Positions 38,157 through 47,637 of a stretch of 64,000 nucleotides of DNA are shown one piece after another. The position numbers and the translations under genes were made by a program. Source of the stretch: an uncultured virus (IMG/VR IMGVR_UViG_3300035181_002953) (lineage: Duplodnaviria > Heunggongvirae > Uroviricota > Caudoviricetes). The stretch lies in the IMG/VR virus record IMGVR_UViG_3300035181_002953; one strand, given 5' to 3'. The stretch's first letter is position 1, and every line of letters begins with the position of its first letter. The notes beneath the pieces are model-generated. The model was not told the origin of the DNA and ran no database searches. It was given only the letters and a program-made list of their open reading frames with translations.

Positions 38157-40976
38157 TCAGCCCTTCGCCGCGGGAGTGTTTGCCCGCGCGAACGCGCTGA
38201 GGCGCTCCGCGAGCCCTTGCAGCTCGGCGATGAGCTCGGCCGTGCTCTCATCGTTCGATCCGGGTTCCCGGACGTAGCCGCTCGAGCGGTACTCCTGGTC
38301 CGAGAGTTCCCAGTAGATGTAGGAGTCGAGCGCCTCGCTCGCGTCGCGAGCTTCGTGCGCAGTGAGGCGGGCGCCGCTCTTTGCGCGGCGGAGCTTCCTC
38401 TCGAGCTTTTCGAAGGTCTCGACCTCGGCCTCGTACTCCTCGGGGTCGTCCTCTTCCATCGAAGAGAGCTGCTCGGACGTGTGGGTGTCGATGGCGGAGA
38501 GAACAATCTCGACCCCGCTCTTGGTGAGCCCGAACGTGGGCTTGCCCTTCACCGGGTTGCCGCGGTACCAGGCGCCCCCTTCGCGAATGCGGAGTTCGTC
38601 CGCGTCGCGATCGTCCTCTTCCGTGGACAGGGGGTAGCTCCGCGGACGCTTCCGGAGCTCGAGGTCGAGCCGCTTGGAGATCTTCTTGGCGACGATCATG
38701 GCTTCTTCGCCGCTACCGACGACGGCCTGGTAGTCGCTCTCCGGGCCACCTTCGATGCTCACCACCCACTGCTGCTCGCCCTTCCGGTCGGCGTCGCGCC
38801 ACACCTCGAGCCAGCGCGCGCCTTCGTCGCGGCAGCACATGGGACAGCTGACGCCGTGGGCCTCGGAACCTCCGCAGTTTTCGCACTCTGCGGCGACCGG
38901 GTTCGCGCGGCGCGAACGTCCCAGACGACCGGTCTCGGCATCGAACTTCTTCCACCCCTTCGCGTCCCACTTCTCGTACACGCCCATGACGGCGTCCTGC
39001 TCGGGGCCATCGTCGGGCAGATCGCGGTAGTCGAGGCCGGTCATCTCGCGCGAGATCTCGTTGAGCTTCCGCCAGCCGAGGACGGCGTGCGGCGGGGGCA
39101 CCGGGTTGTCCTCGCGCTCGGCCCCGCAGCTCTCGCAATCGTCGTCCTCGTCGTCGTCATCCGTCGGGTTCTTGCGGCGGCCAATCGGGTGACGCTCCTC
39201 GATGAGCACGTAATCGACGCCGCGCTCCCTCGAACGCTCGTCCCGCATGTCGGCAGCCTCGTCGTACGACGTGAACGGCCCGAGCACGCGAACTCCCATC
39301 TTGTTCTCGATCCAGAACTCGGTGCGATACGCAGGATTGCTCTTCCGCTTCTTCGCTGCCTTCGCCTTGCGACGGCGCTCTTCGATGGCCGCCTTCGTCC
39401 GCGCGTAGGCCCCGCGCGCGCCGGCGGCGATCTTCGAGCCGAGCGCCTTCGCGCCGCGGCCCGCGCTCGCGGCGAGCTTCCCGCCGACCCGCTTCGCCCC
39501 GCGGCCCGCGCGGTGCGCCGCGACGAGGGCGCGCGCGTCCGTCATGTTGCGGTTCTTCGAGAGCTCGCTGGCGAGCATCACCGCGTCGCCCTTGTCCGCG
39601 TACTGGCTCTTGAGAGTCGTGATGTGGCCGTCGGGCGTGAGCTTCGTCACGACCCACTCGCTCTCCGGATCCTTCGTCCCGGCGCCGAGGATCGACTCCA
39701 TGACGAAATACTGGTTCCCGGCGCGATCGGTCCCGATCTCGGCGGGATTCGGGTGCCGGATCATGGCGGTGTTCGTGCGACGGGACGGGGGGAGGGCTCG
39801 CATGGTCGTGTCTTTCTCGACGGGGTTGGATGCTCGGTTGGGATGCTCCGCCTGGTATGCGGCGCGAGCGGCGGCAAAGCCGCCGAGGGACTGGATCCTG
39901 GTGAACACGTCGGCGCCGGCGCCGTGGGCCTTGAGCCACGCATCCCAGTGATCGAACGCGGCGCGCTCCTTCGCCTGCTTGGCCGCCTGCTCGGCGCGGT
40001 ACTTCGCGTCGTCGGCGTCCTTCGCCACCTTCCGCACGTCTTTCGCGGGAATGCGGAGCGCGCGCGCCGCGCATACGACGCCGTAGTAGAGGGGATCCCC
40101 GTCGTCGATCGAGAGGGCCACCGTGCTCTTCAGGTCGGACCGGCCGCAGCAGTCGCACGTGGTGACGTCGTCGCTCGTGCCGAGGTAGCGCACGGTGCCA
40201 ACGGGCTGCTCCACGGGGTTCGCGTGGCGCGGCCCACAACGAATCGAGTCAGCCTCTACGACTTCATGCACGCTGTATTCCATGGAGGAGTCCGGCCGAT
40301 TCTCGAACTGATCGGCGGTCGGGTCGAAGATGCTGCCGTCGACGCTCAGCCACGCGTGCCCCTGCTCGTCCTCGCCGTCCTGGTACATCCCGTGGTGAAG
40401 CTCGACGTTGAAGTCATTGCGAAGGGCACAGGCCCACCACGTGCTCTCCAGCTGACAGTTGGCGTGTGGCTTCGATGCGCGGTCACGCGCCATCCTCAGG
40501 ATTGCGACTCGCGTCTCCGGATCGAAACCATCCTCGAACCAGAACTCGGCAGGCTGCTTGATGCTCTTATCGGTGCGCTTCCTGGCGGGGTTCTCCCGTC
40601 GCTCGCGGCGCTCCCCCGGCGGCGCAGCCTCGTCCACCGCGTAGTAGTAGTCGACCCGCACGACGCCCGCGACGCGCGGCCCGCGGTGCACCTTCTCGGT
40701 CGACTGCGTGGCGGCGACCTTCCCCTGCTTGACCAGGGACCGGAGCATCGAGAGCGTGGTGGCGCGGTCGAGACCGAACTTCTGCATCAGCTCCCGGACG
40801 CTCTTCTGCCCGTGCCGGATCAGGTGGATGTGGAGGTGCTCGGCCGTGGGGAGCTCGACGCTGCTTCGCGCGAGCGCGATGGGCGTCTCGAGCTCGCGAA
40901 TCGTGTACCCCGCCTTGACCAGCCGAGGTGGCAGGCGTCGCGTGTGCTTCGAGGGCTTGCCGGGGAGATCGCTCAT
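38157..40976 (-). CDS. 939-aa modular (polyvalent-like) protein with nine NP linkers
   Basis: Linkers RRENP, RHANP, RASNP, RHPNP, RKSNP, RRKNP, REDNP, RRANP, YRGNP separate short unrelated modules (wHTH-like, HAWL..DPTADQF papain/transglutaminase-like, CDCCGR Zn module). Confidence 0.75.
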   Translation of the reverse strand: MSDLPGKPSKHTRRLPPRLVKAGYTIRELETPIALARSSVELPTAEHLHIHLIRHGQKSVRELMQKFGLDRATTLSMLRSLVKQGKVAATQSTEKVHRGPRVAGVVRVDYYYAVDEAAPPGERRERRENPARKRTDKSIKQPAEFWFEDGFDPETRVAILRMARDRASKPHANCQLESTWWACALRNDFNVELHHGMYQDGEDEQGHAWLSVDGSIFDPTADQFENRPDSSMEYSVHEVVEADSIRCGPRHANPVEQPVGTVRYLGTSDDVTTCDCCGRSDLKSTVALSIDDGDPLYYGVVCAARALRIPAKDVRKVAKDADDAKYRAEQAAKQAKERAAFDHWDAWLKAHGAGADVFTRIQSLGGFAAARAAYQAEHPNRASNPVEKDTTMRALPPSRRTNTAMIRHPNPAEIGTDRAGNQYFVMESILGAGTKDPESEWVVTKLTPDGHITTLKSQYADKGDAVMLASELSKNRNMTDARALVAAHRAGRGAKRVGGKLAASAGRGAKALGSKIAAGARGAYARTKAAIEERRRKAKAAKKRKSNPAYRTEFWIENKMGVRVLGPFTSYDEAADMRDERSRERGVDYVLIEERHPIGRRKNPTDDDDEDDDCESCGAEREDNPVPPPHAVLGWRKLNEISREMTGLDYRDLPDDGPEQDAVMGVYEKWDAKGWKKFDAETGRLGRSRRANPVAAECENCGGSEAHGVSCPMCCRDEGARWLEVWRDADRKGEQQWVVSIEGGPESDYQAVVGSGEEAMIVAKKISKRLDLELRKRPRSYPLSTEEDDRDADELRIREGGAWYRGNPVKGKPTFGLTKSGVEIVLSAIDTHTSEQLSSMEEDDPEEYEAEVETFEKLERKLRRAKSGARLTAHEARDASEALDSYIYWELSDQEYRSSGYVREPGSNDESTAELIAELQGLAERLSAFARANTPAAKG

Positions 40977-40983
40977 CGTCAGC

Positions 40984-41280
40984 TCACGGGCACTTGAGCT
41001 GCCCGCACCCGCGGCCAGCTTCCTTCGTGGCCGCCGTCTCCCAGCACGCCACCGGGTAGTGGAGGTTGATCGCGCGCTCGATCGACTGCTGGCACGTGGG
41101 GCGGTCCCCTTCCTCGCACTGGATCTTGCGGAGGTTCGCGCAGACGCGCGCCGGGAGGCCGGCGTCGGGCGGCGGGCAGTCCATGCCGGGGCACGTCGGC
41201 TTCGACGACGGGCAGCCCGGCAGGGCGCTCAGGAGGACGAACGAGACGAGGGCGGCGAGGGAGAGGGAGCGGAGGCGCAT
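40984..41280 (-). CDS. small Cys-rich lipoprotein
   Basis: Signal peptide ending LPGC; SD in upstream region. Confidence 0.65.
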   Translation of the reverse strand: MRLRSLSLAALVSFVLLSALPGCPSSKPTCPGMDCPPPDAGLPARVCANLRKIQCEEGDRPTCQQSIERAINLHYPVACWETAATKEAGRGCGQLKCP

Positions 41281-41290
41281 GGGAGGTCCT

Positions 41291-42169
41291 TCAGGCGGCG
41301 AGGCGCACGTCGAACGCGTAGCGGGCGCCCGTGCAGTTCACGATGAAGTCGGTGGTCACGCCGATGTCGCCGAGCGCGCCCCACAGCTCCGACCACGAGT
41401 TGCGCAGGATCCAGATGATCTTCCCGTTCACGACCTTCCAGTCGTACAGGTAGACGTAGTGGTCCTGCGGATCGCTCGCGCTGAAGTCCGACGCGTCGAG
41501 CACCCGGCCGCCGTCGGCGTTCTGCCATGCCTTGGCGCCGCCCGGGACCGAGAGGCCGATGGGCGCGTCGTTGCCCGGCGCGAGCGCCGTCTGGAGGTCC
41601 GTGATGAGCGCGTCGCCCGAGCTCGTGATCGGGTGGGCGCCCATGAGCACCGACTCCATGCTCGTCTCGATGTCGCCGAGCTCCGGCTTGATGTTGACGT
41701 TCTCGGGCGTCAGGTCCGAGTAGCGTCCGTCGGGCGCGAGCGGCCCCATGGGCGCGACGCCGATCGAGCGGACGACCGTGATGCCGTTCGACGGGTAGGC
41801 GCCGACGTCCTGGATGGGCGCGTCGTCGGGGAGGCCGGCGGCGGCGTTCTCGATGACGCGCTCGAAGCCGTAGCCGATGCGCTGCGACGGCGTGAAGCCG
41901 AGGTTGCGCGCGCCGAACCAGACCGCCTTTCCGCGAAGCGCCGCCTCGACGCAGCCGGAGATCGAGTGGAAGGTGCAGCCGCCCGTCTGACCCTGGTCCA
42001 TCACCTTGCCGATGACGGAGGCGAGGCGCGGGGGCGCGACCTGCACCGCCGACATGCGGGCCGCCATCGTCCGCGTGCCGAGCAGCTTGTTCTGGACGAG
42101 GACGTGGTTCGGGTCCTCGCGGAAGCCCGTGCCCCAGCGGCCAGCGATGACGATCGGGCTCAGGCTCAC
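41291..42169 (-). CDS. C1 (papain-like) cysteine peptidase
   Basis: VMDQGQTGGCTFHS (Gln/Cys), HYVYL (His), RNSWSELWG (Asn). Confidence 0.8.
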   Translation of the reverse strand: MSLSPIVIAGRWGTGFREDPNHVLVQNKLLGTRTMAARMSAVQVAPPRLASVIGKVMDQGQTGGCTFHSISGCVEAALRGKAVWFGARNLGFTPSQRIGYGFERVIENAAAGLPDDAPIQDVGAYPSNGITVVRSIGVAPMGPLAPDGRYSDLTPENVNIKPELGDIETSMESVLMGAHPITSSGDALITDLQTALAPGNDAPIGLSVPGGAKAWQNADGGRVLDASDFSASDPQDHYVYLYDWKVVNGKIIWILRNSWSELWGALGDIGVTTDFIVNCTGARYAFDVRLAA

Positions 42170-42525
42170 TTGCAGGCTCCGGCGCGGGGCGCGGCGGTAG
42201 CCTTCGCGGCCGTCAGGTGCTCGACGAACGTCACGAGACCCGCCTGGCTCGCCTCGATGCGCTCCTCGGCGCCGCCGGCCTTGCGGACGACCACGACGAG
42301 CGGGGTACCCGTGCGCTGCGCCGCGAGGGCCTGTTCGAGCAGGTTGGCGATTCCGTCGTAGACGAGGCAGAGCTTGTGGACGCTGCCCGTGACGTCGAGC
42401 AGGGCGATTTCCTGGCACGCCGCATCGGCCGCGGTCACGACGGCCAAGAACTGAGGCTTCGTGCAGGCGGCGAGCGCGAGCGACAGGGTGGCGGCGGCGA
42501 GCGAGGCGATCAGGATTCGGCGCAT
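42166..42525 (-). CDS. lipoprotein
   Basis: MRRILIASLAAATLSLALAAC lipobox. Confidence 0.7.
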   Translation of the reverse strand: MRRILIASLAAATLSLALAACTKPQFLAVVTAADAACQEIALLDVTGSVHKLCLVYDGIANLLEQALAAQRTGTPLVVVVRKAGGAEERIEASQAGLVTFVEHLTAAKATAAPRAGACK

Positions 42526-43058
42526 GGCCGTGAATCTACCAGCGACGGCACCCCGTGGAAAGCACGCCGGCTGCGTGATAGGGTGCCTATCCCTTGCGAG
42601 GGGCCCCTCCTTCCCCTCGTTCACCCCATCCCCCGGCCTCCCCCGTTCTGATGGTTCGCGGGTGAGGCCGGGGTCCTTTTGTGGGTCACCGCGACGGCGG
42701 GCACACGCGCTGCTGATCTGCGCGCGAAGAACCACGATCTCGTCCTGCAGCCCGCGGATGAAGAAGGCGATGTAGGCCATGCAGAGCGCGGCCACGATGA
42801 TGGGCATGAGCCACATCGCGAGCTCGAGCTTCCGGGCATTCGTCATCTTCCGGTCCCTCGTCATCGCAGGGTAGCGCAGATGCACTTGCCCTCTCTGCCG
42901 AAGTACACCGCGGCCGAGCCGTCGGGGCACATCTGCGATTCGCACGCGCGCTCGCGGTTCCACCCGCTATGCGCAAACCAGATCACCACCGCCCCGAGCA
43001 GCAGAACGAAGGCGAGGACGGGCAGTCCCTCAGCATCCCCCATCGTGATCTTCATGCG

Positions 43059-44399
43059 TCACCACTTCGCATCCGCCGTCTCGAGCAGCAACATTTCCTT
43101 CTCGCCGTGCGGATCCACAGGCTTTCGCGCCTTCTTTTCCGCGCGCGAGAGCGCATTCAGGTCGATCGCATCCTCGGTGAGGCGCACGTAGTCACCCTCG
43201 CGCACGATGCCGTCGAGGCCGCCCAGCTCGAGCATGTCGCCGTAGCCCTGGCCGACGTAGATGGGCTCGCCCTCGTCGCGCGCCATCTGGAGCGCGAGCA
43301 TCGTCGCCATCTCGCGGAACGCCGGCTCGTAGTCGATCCGGTAGAGGAACGTGCCGACGGGCCTGCTGTCCCGGAAGAACCCGTACGCGTAGATCATCGA
43401 CTCATCGATCTCGTCGGCGGTGAGCGCCTTCGCGTCGTAGACGACGAACGAGATCCCCGGGTCGATGAGCACCAGCACCTTCGCCTTCGCCTTCGGCGCG
43501 CGCGGCTCGGGCAGCTCCACCGGCGCCCGGTGGCCCCTGAGGCCGCCGAGGATGTCGCGGATGCGTGCGGCCGTGATCGTGCCGGCGCGGAGAAGGTCGG
43601 AGTACGTCCCGTTCGCGATGAGCTCGCGGACGCGGTTCTCCCACATGCGGAGGGCGGACTTCTGCCCGGCCGGCGTGAAGCCGCCCGACTGGAACTTCGG
43701 GTTGTACCCGTACCAGATCTCGCCGAGCACCTGCCCGAGCCGCTTCCCCTTGTACTCGTCCGCGACGAGGATCAGCGTCGCGCCCCACTCGTTCTCCGCC
43801 CGGGCGACCGTGCGGCCGGCGGCGTCGAGGATGGCGAGGCCGGTGCCGCGGCCCGGCTCCGGCTCGCGGGCCGCGCGGATCTCGAGCGGCTCGCCGTCGA
43901 CCTGGATGCGGCGGATGAGGTACGGGAAGTCCTCGAGATTCATCGCGCGCGGGTCGAGGGCGCGCGCGAGCGGGGCGCGGAGGTACTTGACGACCCTCTT
44001 CTCGGTGACCGGCACCGGCGTCCACTGCTGGTCCTGACGCCTGTGGTCGCGCGTGTACTCCAGGGCGTAGCGCTCGCCCCGCCAGCGAGGTTCGTGGTAG
44101 AGCACGCCGTCGAGGACGACGGCCACCGGCTTCTCCACCTCGTCGGCGTTCTTCTCGTAGAGGACGTAGCCGCCGTCGTGCGTCGAGTAGATGCGCGCGC
44201 CCGAGTGCGTCACGCCGATGGGACTCTGCACGAACTGGTTGAGCGACTCGAGGCTCGCCGAGTAGGCGTCACTCGCGTGCGACTTCCCGCTCGGGTTCCG
44301 GTACTCGAGGAACTCGTCGGCCGTCATGAGGCCGATCTCGCCGGGTCGAATGATCACCGGCGCCGCGGGGTTCGGCCGGCGAAGCCGCATCTCAGTCAT
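43059..44399 (-). CDS. protein with internal GNAT-like acetyltransferase module and N-terminal RRPNP motif
   Basis: LILVADEYKGKRLGQVL...SGGFTPAG resembles GNAT motif A/B. Confidence 0.6.
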   Translation of the reverse strand: MTEMRLRRPNPAAPVIIRPGEIGLMTADEFLEYRNPSGKSHASDAYSASLESLNQFVQSPIGVTHSGARIYSTHDGGYVLYEKNADEVEKPVAVVLDGVLYHEPRWRGERYALEYTRDHRRQDQQWTPVPVTEKRVVKYLRAPLARALDPRAMNLEDFPYLIRRIQVDGEPLEIRAAREPEPGRGTGLAILDAAGRTVARAENEWGATLILVADEYKGKRLGQVLGEIWYGYNPKFQSGGFTPAGQKSALRMWENRVRELIANGTYSDLLRAGTITAARIRDILGGLRGHRAPVELPEPRAPKAKAKVLVLIDPGISFVVYDAKALTADEIDESMIYAYGFFRDSRPVGTFLYRIDYEPAFREMATMLALQMARDEGEPIYVGQGYGDMLELGGLDGIVREGDYVRLTEDAIDLNALSRAEKKARKPVDPHGEKEMLLLETADAKW

Positions 44400-44784
44400 C
44401 GTCGCCCGTGTCGTCGTCCTCGTCGTCGAGCTCACCGAACTCGATCACCACCGCTCGGCCGCCGTCGTCGGGCGTGAGGCGAAAATGCGCAGCGTCCTCG
44501 TCCATGTCCTCGCCGTTGACGAGCATGGCGTAGGCCATGCGCGCGGCTTCCTCGGGGCTGTCTGCCTCGATCTCCGCGTCCCACCGAACCTTGTAGATCG
44601 CCATGACGTCAAGTCGCCTTCCCGGGGACGGGAGCCGGATCGAGCCCGTGGATGTCGAGCACCCAGGACAGCTCGAGATCACGCGGCGGCTCCTCGGGGA
44701 GCGACTCGTGCCTCAGATGCGTCGGCGGGCGTGACGGCGGACAGCTGGCGCGCGCGACGTCGCGTGCGACCTCGATGCCGTTCA

Positions 44785-45228
44785 TCACTTGACCGTGTAG
44801 GGGATCTCGAACGTGTGCTCGTTCGTGCCATGCATATCGTCGGCGAACGTGCCCTTGATCACGTCGGAGCCGGGCGCGACCGCGATGACCGGGTACGCCT
44901 GGACGCCGCCGACCGGGACCGCGCCGAAGTCGAGCTCCGCGCCGGACGAGATCGTCGTCACGATCGCGCCGTCGGGCGCCTTCATGAAGAAGCTCTGGCC
45001 GAGCGGCAGCACGATCGCCGGGGCGCCGTTCGCCTGCGCGATCGGGTAGGCCGCCTGCGTGTTCTTGTCGAAGTCGGCACCCGTGAGCTTTTTGGCAGTG
45101 GTCCCGCCCGCGCCGCCCGCGGCCTGCGCGGTGTCCTTCTTGTGCGTCGCGAAGTAGATGCCGACGCCGACAACGGCAGCCGCAGCGAGACCAGTACCAA
45201 TCATCTGAGGAATGGAGAGTTTCTTCAT
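44785..45228 (-). CDS. membrane-anchored hypothetical protein
   Basis: N-terminal TM IGTGLAAAAVVGVGIYF. Confidence 0.65.
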   Translation of the reverse strand: MKKLSIPQMIGTGLAAAAVVGVGIYFATHKKDTAQAAGGAGGTTAKKLTGADFDKNTQAAYPIAQANGAPAIVLPLGQSFFMKAPDGAIVTTISSGAELDFGAVPVGGVQAYPVIAVAPGSDVIKGTFADDMHGTNEHTFEIPYTVK

Positions 45229-45273
45229 GATGACGGGAGAATACCCGACGATCCGGGCGGTTGGCTAGTCTTC

Positions 45274-45624
45274 GTGCGCGCGGAGGGACTTGAACCCACA
45301 ACCCTGCTGAGCATCTACTTCACGACGCCGGGCGTCTCGCTCGACGAGGTGACGGCCAAGATCGGCGCGCAGACGCAGAAGAAGATCTCGCAGCGCGTGA
45401 TCGACGCCATCAACCCCAGGATGATCACGGTCAGGGCGCCGATGGCGTGGACCGATCCCGATCCCGACGGCAAGCTCGTCCCGATCTACTTCTCGTCGGA
45501 GAAGGGCCTCGACCAGGTGCGCGCCGCCATCACCGCCGACGTGAAGGCGAAGATCGCGAGCGACATCGTCTGGGCCATTCCGACCGCGAAGGCCGTGGTC
45601 GTGAACGATGCGATGAGCTGGTAA
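45274..45624 (+). CDS. hypothetical protein antisense to the tRNA cluster
   Basis: GC3-biased ORF (LLSIYFTTPGVSLDEV...AMSW); start uncertain and overlaps the tRNA remnant. Confidence 0.5.
   Translation: MRAEGLEPTTLLSIYFTTPGVSLDEVTAKIGAQTQKKISQRVIDAINPRMITVRAPMAWTDPDPDGKLVPIYFSSEKGLDQVRAAITADVKAKIASDIVWAIPTAKAVVVNDAMSW
45275..45300 (-). pseudogene. 3' remnant of a tRNA (T-arm plus acceptor strand)
   Basis: Minus strand TGTGGGTTCAAGTCCCTCCGCGCGCA with the same CG trailer as the neighbouring tRNAs; 5' half absent. Confidence 0.55.
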
Positions 45625-45633
45625 GTCCAGTCG

Positions 45634-45719
45634 TGCTCGAGAGTGGGTTCGAACCACCACGTCCCTTGCGGGACACTAGTTCCTGAAACTAGCGCGTCTG
45701 CCAACTCCGCCACTCGAGC
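45634..45719 (-). tRNA. tRNA-Leu(CAG)
   Basis: Cloverleaf with GCTCGAG acceptor, CTAGT-TTCAGGA-ACTAG anticodon arm, long variable arm, GTTCGAA; no encoded CCA. Confidence 0.92.
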
Positions 45720-45732
45720 TTGCTACTCTGCG

Positions 45733-45814
45733 TGCGATCGGAGGGGGTCGAACCCTCACACCTTTCGGCCCGCGGCCCTCAACCGCGGCTGTCTGCCAGT
45801 TCCAGCACGATCGC
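45733..45814 (-). tRNA. tRNA-Leu(GAG)
   Basis: GCGATCG acceptor; CGCGG-TTGAGGG-CCGCG; GTTCGAC. Confidence 0.9.
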
Positions 45815-45837
45815 GAACAAGGCTCCGAAGAGCCCCG

Positions 45838-45920
45838 TGTGTGCGGTTGGATTCGAACCAACGTCGGCATACGCCACCGGAGTTACAGGCCGGCCCCTTG
45901 AACCACTCGGGCACGCACAC
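45838..45920 (-). tRNA. tRNA-Tyr(GTA)
   Basis: GTGTGCG acceptor; CTGTAAC loop; long variable arm; GTTCGAA. Confidence 0.88.
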
Positions 45921-45956
45921 GAAACGACCACCGGCGAGACCAGCTCGCCAACTTCG

Positions 45957-46044
45957 TGCTCGGGCCCGGACTTGAACCGGGACGACCTTTGGGGGCCACC
46001 GGATTTTGAATCCGGCTCGTCTACCTAACTTCCGACACCCGAGC
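45957..46044 (-). tRNA. tRNA-Leu(CAA)
   Basis: GCTCGGG acceptor; CCGGA-TTCAAAA-TCCGG; GTTCAAG. Confidence 0.9.
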
Positions 46045-46320
46045 AGATCTCGACTTAGCCGCACGAAGCGGTAAGTCGATAGCTCAAGCTCATCAGGAAG
46101 CGGGACACGACGGCGAAGGTGTCATGCGCTCTCTAGACGCGCAAGAACTATTTCGCGCGCAGTCGTTCCTGGTGCTCGTGGACGACGTCGAGCGACGTGA
46201 GAATCGCCTCGATCTGCTCGATGTCTGCGGCGGTGAAGCGGCGCTCTTTCGCCTGCCGCACATAGGCCTCGAGCCGACGGAGCGCGCCGAGCTCGAGCTG
46301 CGTGAGCGCCGGCGACTCCA

Positions 46321-46818
46321 TTACGCCTTGATCGACGGCGACGAGCGCGCGAGGAACTCGGCGAGATCTTCCGGCGACGTATCGCTCGGCGTGAGGTCGG
46401 CGGCGCCCGGGTAGTTCGCGGCCTGCAGCACGTAGACGATCGCCTCCGAGCAGAACATCGCGTGCGCGGCGCGCAGCGGGTTGCGCCACTTGCGACCGAG
46501 CCATCGGCCGAGCAGCACGAACGCCATGCCGAAGAGCCCGGTAAAGTCGTAGCTCTCCCCGAGCCACGTAGCGGCCTTCTTCACGCCCTCATCGATCGGT
46601 GCCACGGGCGAGACGACGAGCATGATGTCGTGCTGCTTCGCGAACTGCTCGAGCGGGACGAGGCGGAACCCGTACTGGTCGGCCTCGAGCGCCATGTCGA
46701 CGCCGAAGAACGCGTCCTCGACGATGAGAAAGCAATGGCTGTACTGGCTCTTGGTCACCCACCGGATGAAGCTCGAGAGCGGGTTCGTCTTGTTCGTGGA
46801 GAAGCCGATCCTGATCAT
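46321..46818 (-). CDS. YiiX/YebB-like permuted papain-like (NlpC/P60) enzyme
   Basis: SQYSHC...LGESYDF...MFCSEAI. Confidence 0.75.
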   Translation of the reverse strand: MIRIGFSTNKTNPLSSFIRWVTKSQYSHCFLIVEDAFFGVDMALEADQYGFRLVPLEQFAKQHDIMLVVSPVAPIDEGVKKAATWLGESYDFTGLFGMAFVLLGRWLGRKWRNPLRAAHAMFCSEAIVYVLQAANYPGAADLTPSDTSPEDLAEFLARSSPSIKA

Positions 46819-46836
46819 GGTGGTGCCCTCGTGCAG

Positions 46837-47637
46837 TCAGGGCGTGAAGTGCTCGATGTAGATCGCGAACCGCTTCCGCACGCCCGGCGGATATTTCAGG
46901 ATGAATCGGAGCCGGTTCGTGTGCGGCGCGCCGCCGTACGCGTGGGGCAGGTAGGAGACCGCGCGCCCATCGCTGACGACGCGCGTGGTCGTCGCAGCCT
47001 CGAGATTGACCTCGCTGAGGAAGTCGATCTGACCGAAGTACGCCGGCGGGTAGTCGGGCACGCCGATGGCCGCGAGGTACCACTGATCGGTGGTGCCGCC
47101 CTTGAGGTCGTCGGGCAGGTCGACGTATCCGCCGATGATCTCGTACGAATACGTCGGGTCAAAATCGAGCACGGTCTTCACCGCGAGGCTCACGTCGTCG
47201 CCCGGCGCGAGCTCGGCGCCATCGGCGTTGTAGAGTTTCACGGAGATGTCGCCGTAGTCGCTGCCGGTGATGGGGCTGACGTTGTGCACGTTGCCACGGT
47301 CGGCGCTGTAGAACGTCACGGCTCGGAGCTTGAAGTTCTGCGTGCGGTTCGCGGTCGTGTTCCGGATTGCGAGGCGCCCGTCGGCCGTCTGCAGAGGCTT
47401 CGTCGACGCGAGCGCGAGGATGAATCCGTCCTCTGCCGTGGGCACCTGCCGGCTCACGACGCGGTGAGCATCGAAGTCGGCAACGTCGGCCTCGTCCTCG
47501 ACCGTGCACGTGAACACGGAGCCGTAGATGGCTGCGTAGAGCACGCGGATCTCGGGCGTCGGGAGAAACCAGAAGACCGGGAGGCCGGCGGCGGCGATCT
47601 TGAAGGTGGCGTAGGAAACCTGGGTCTGGTCCATCAT
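46837..47637 (-). CDS. putative virion structural protein
   Basis: Beta-rich ORF in the structural-like operon. Confidence 0.55.
   Translation of the reverse strand: MMDQTQVSYATFKIAAAGLPVFWFLPTPEIRVLYAAIYGSVFTCTVEDEADVADFDAHRVVSRQVPTAEDGFILALASTKPLQTADGRLAIRNTTANRTQNFKLRAVTFYSADRGNVHNVSPITGSDYGDISVKLYNADGAELAPGDDVSLAVKTVLDFDPTYSYEIIGGYVDLPDDLKGGTTDQWYLAAIGVPDYPPAYFGQIDFLSEVNLEAATTTRVVSDGRAVSYLPHAYGGAPHTNRLRFILKYPPGVRKRFAIYIEHFTP

Noticed and set aside
37239..40997. 1252-aa plus-strand ORF and many other long overlapping ORFs
   Set aside because: Antisense shadows of real minus-strand genes in high-GC DNA, with Arg/Ala/Gly-rich nonsense composition
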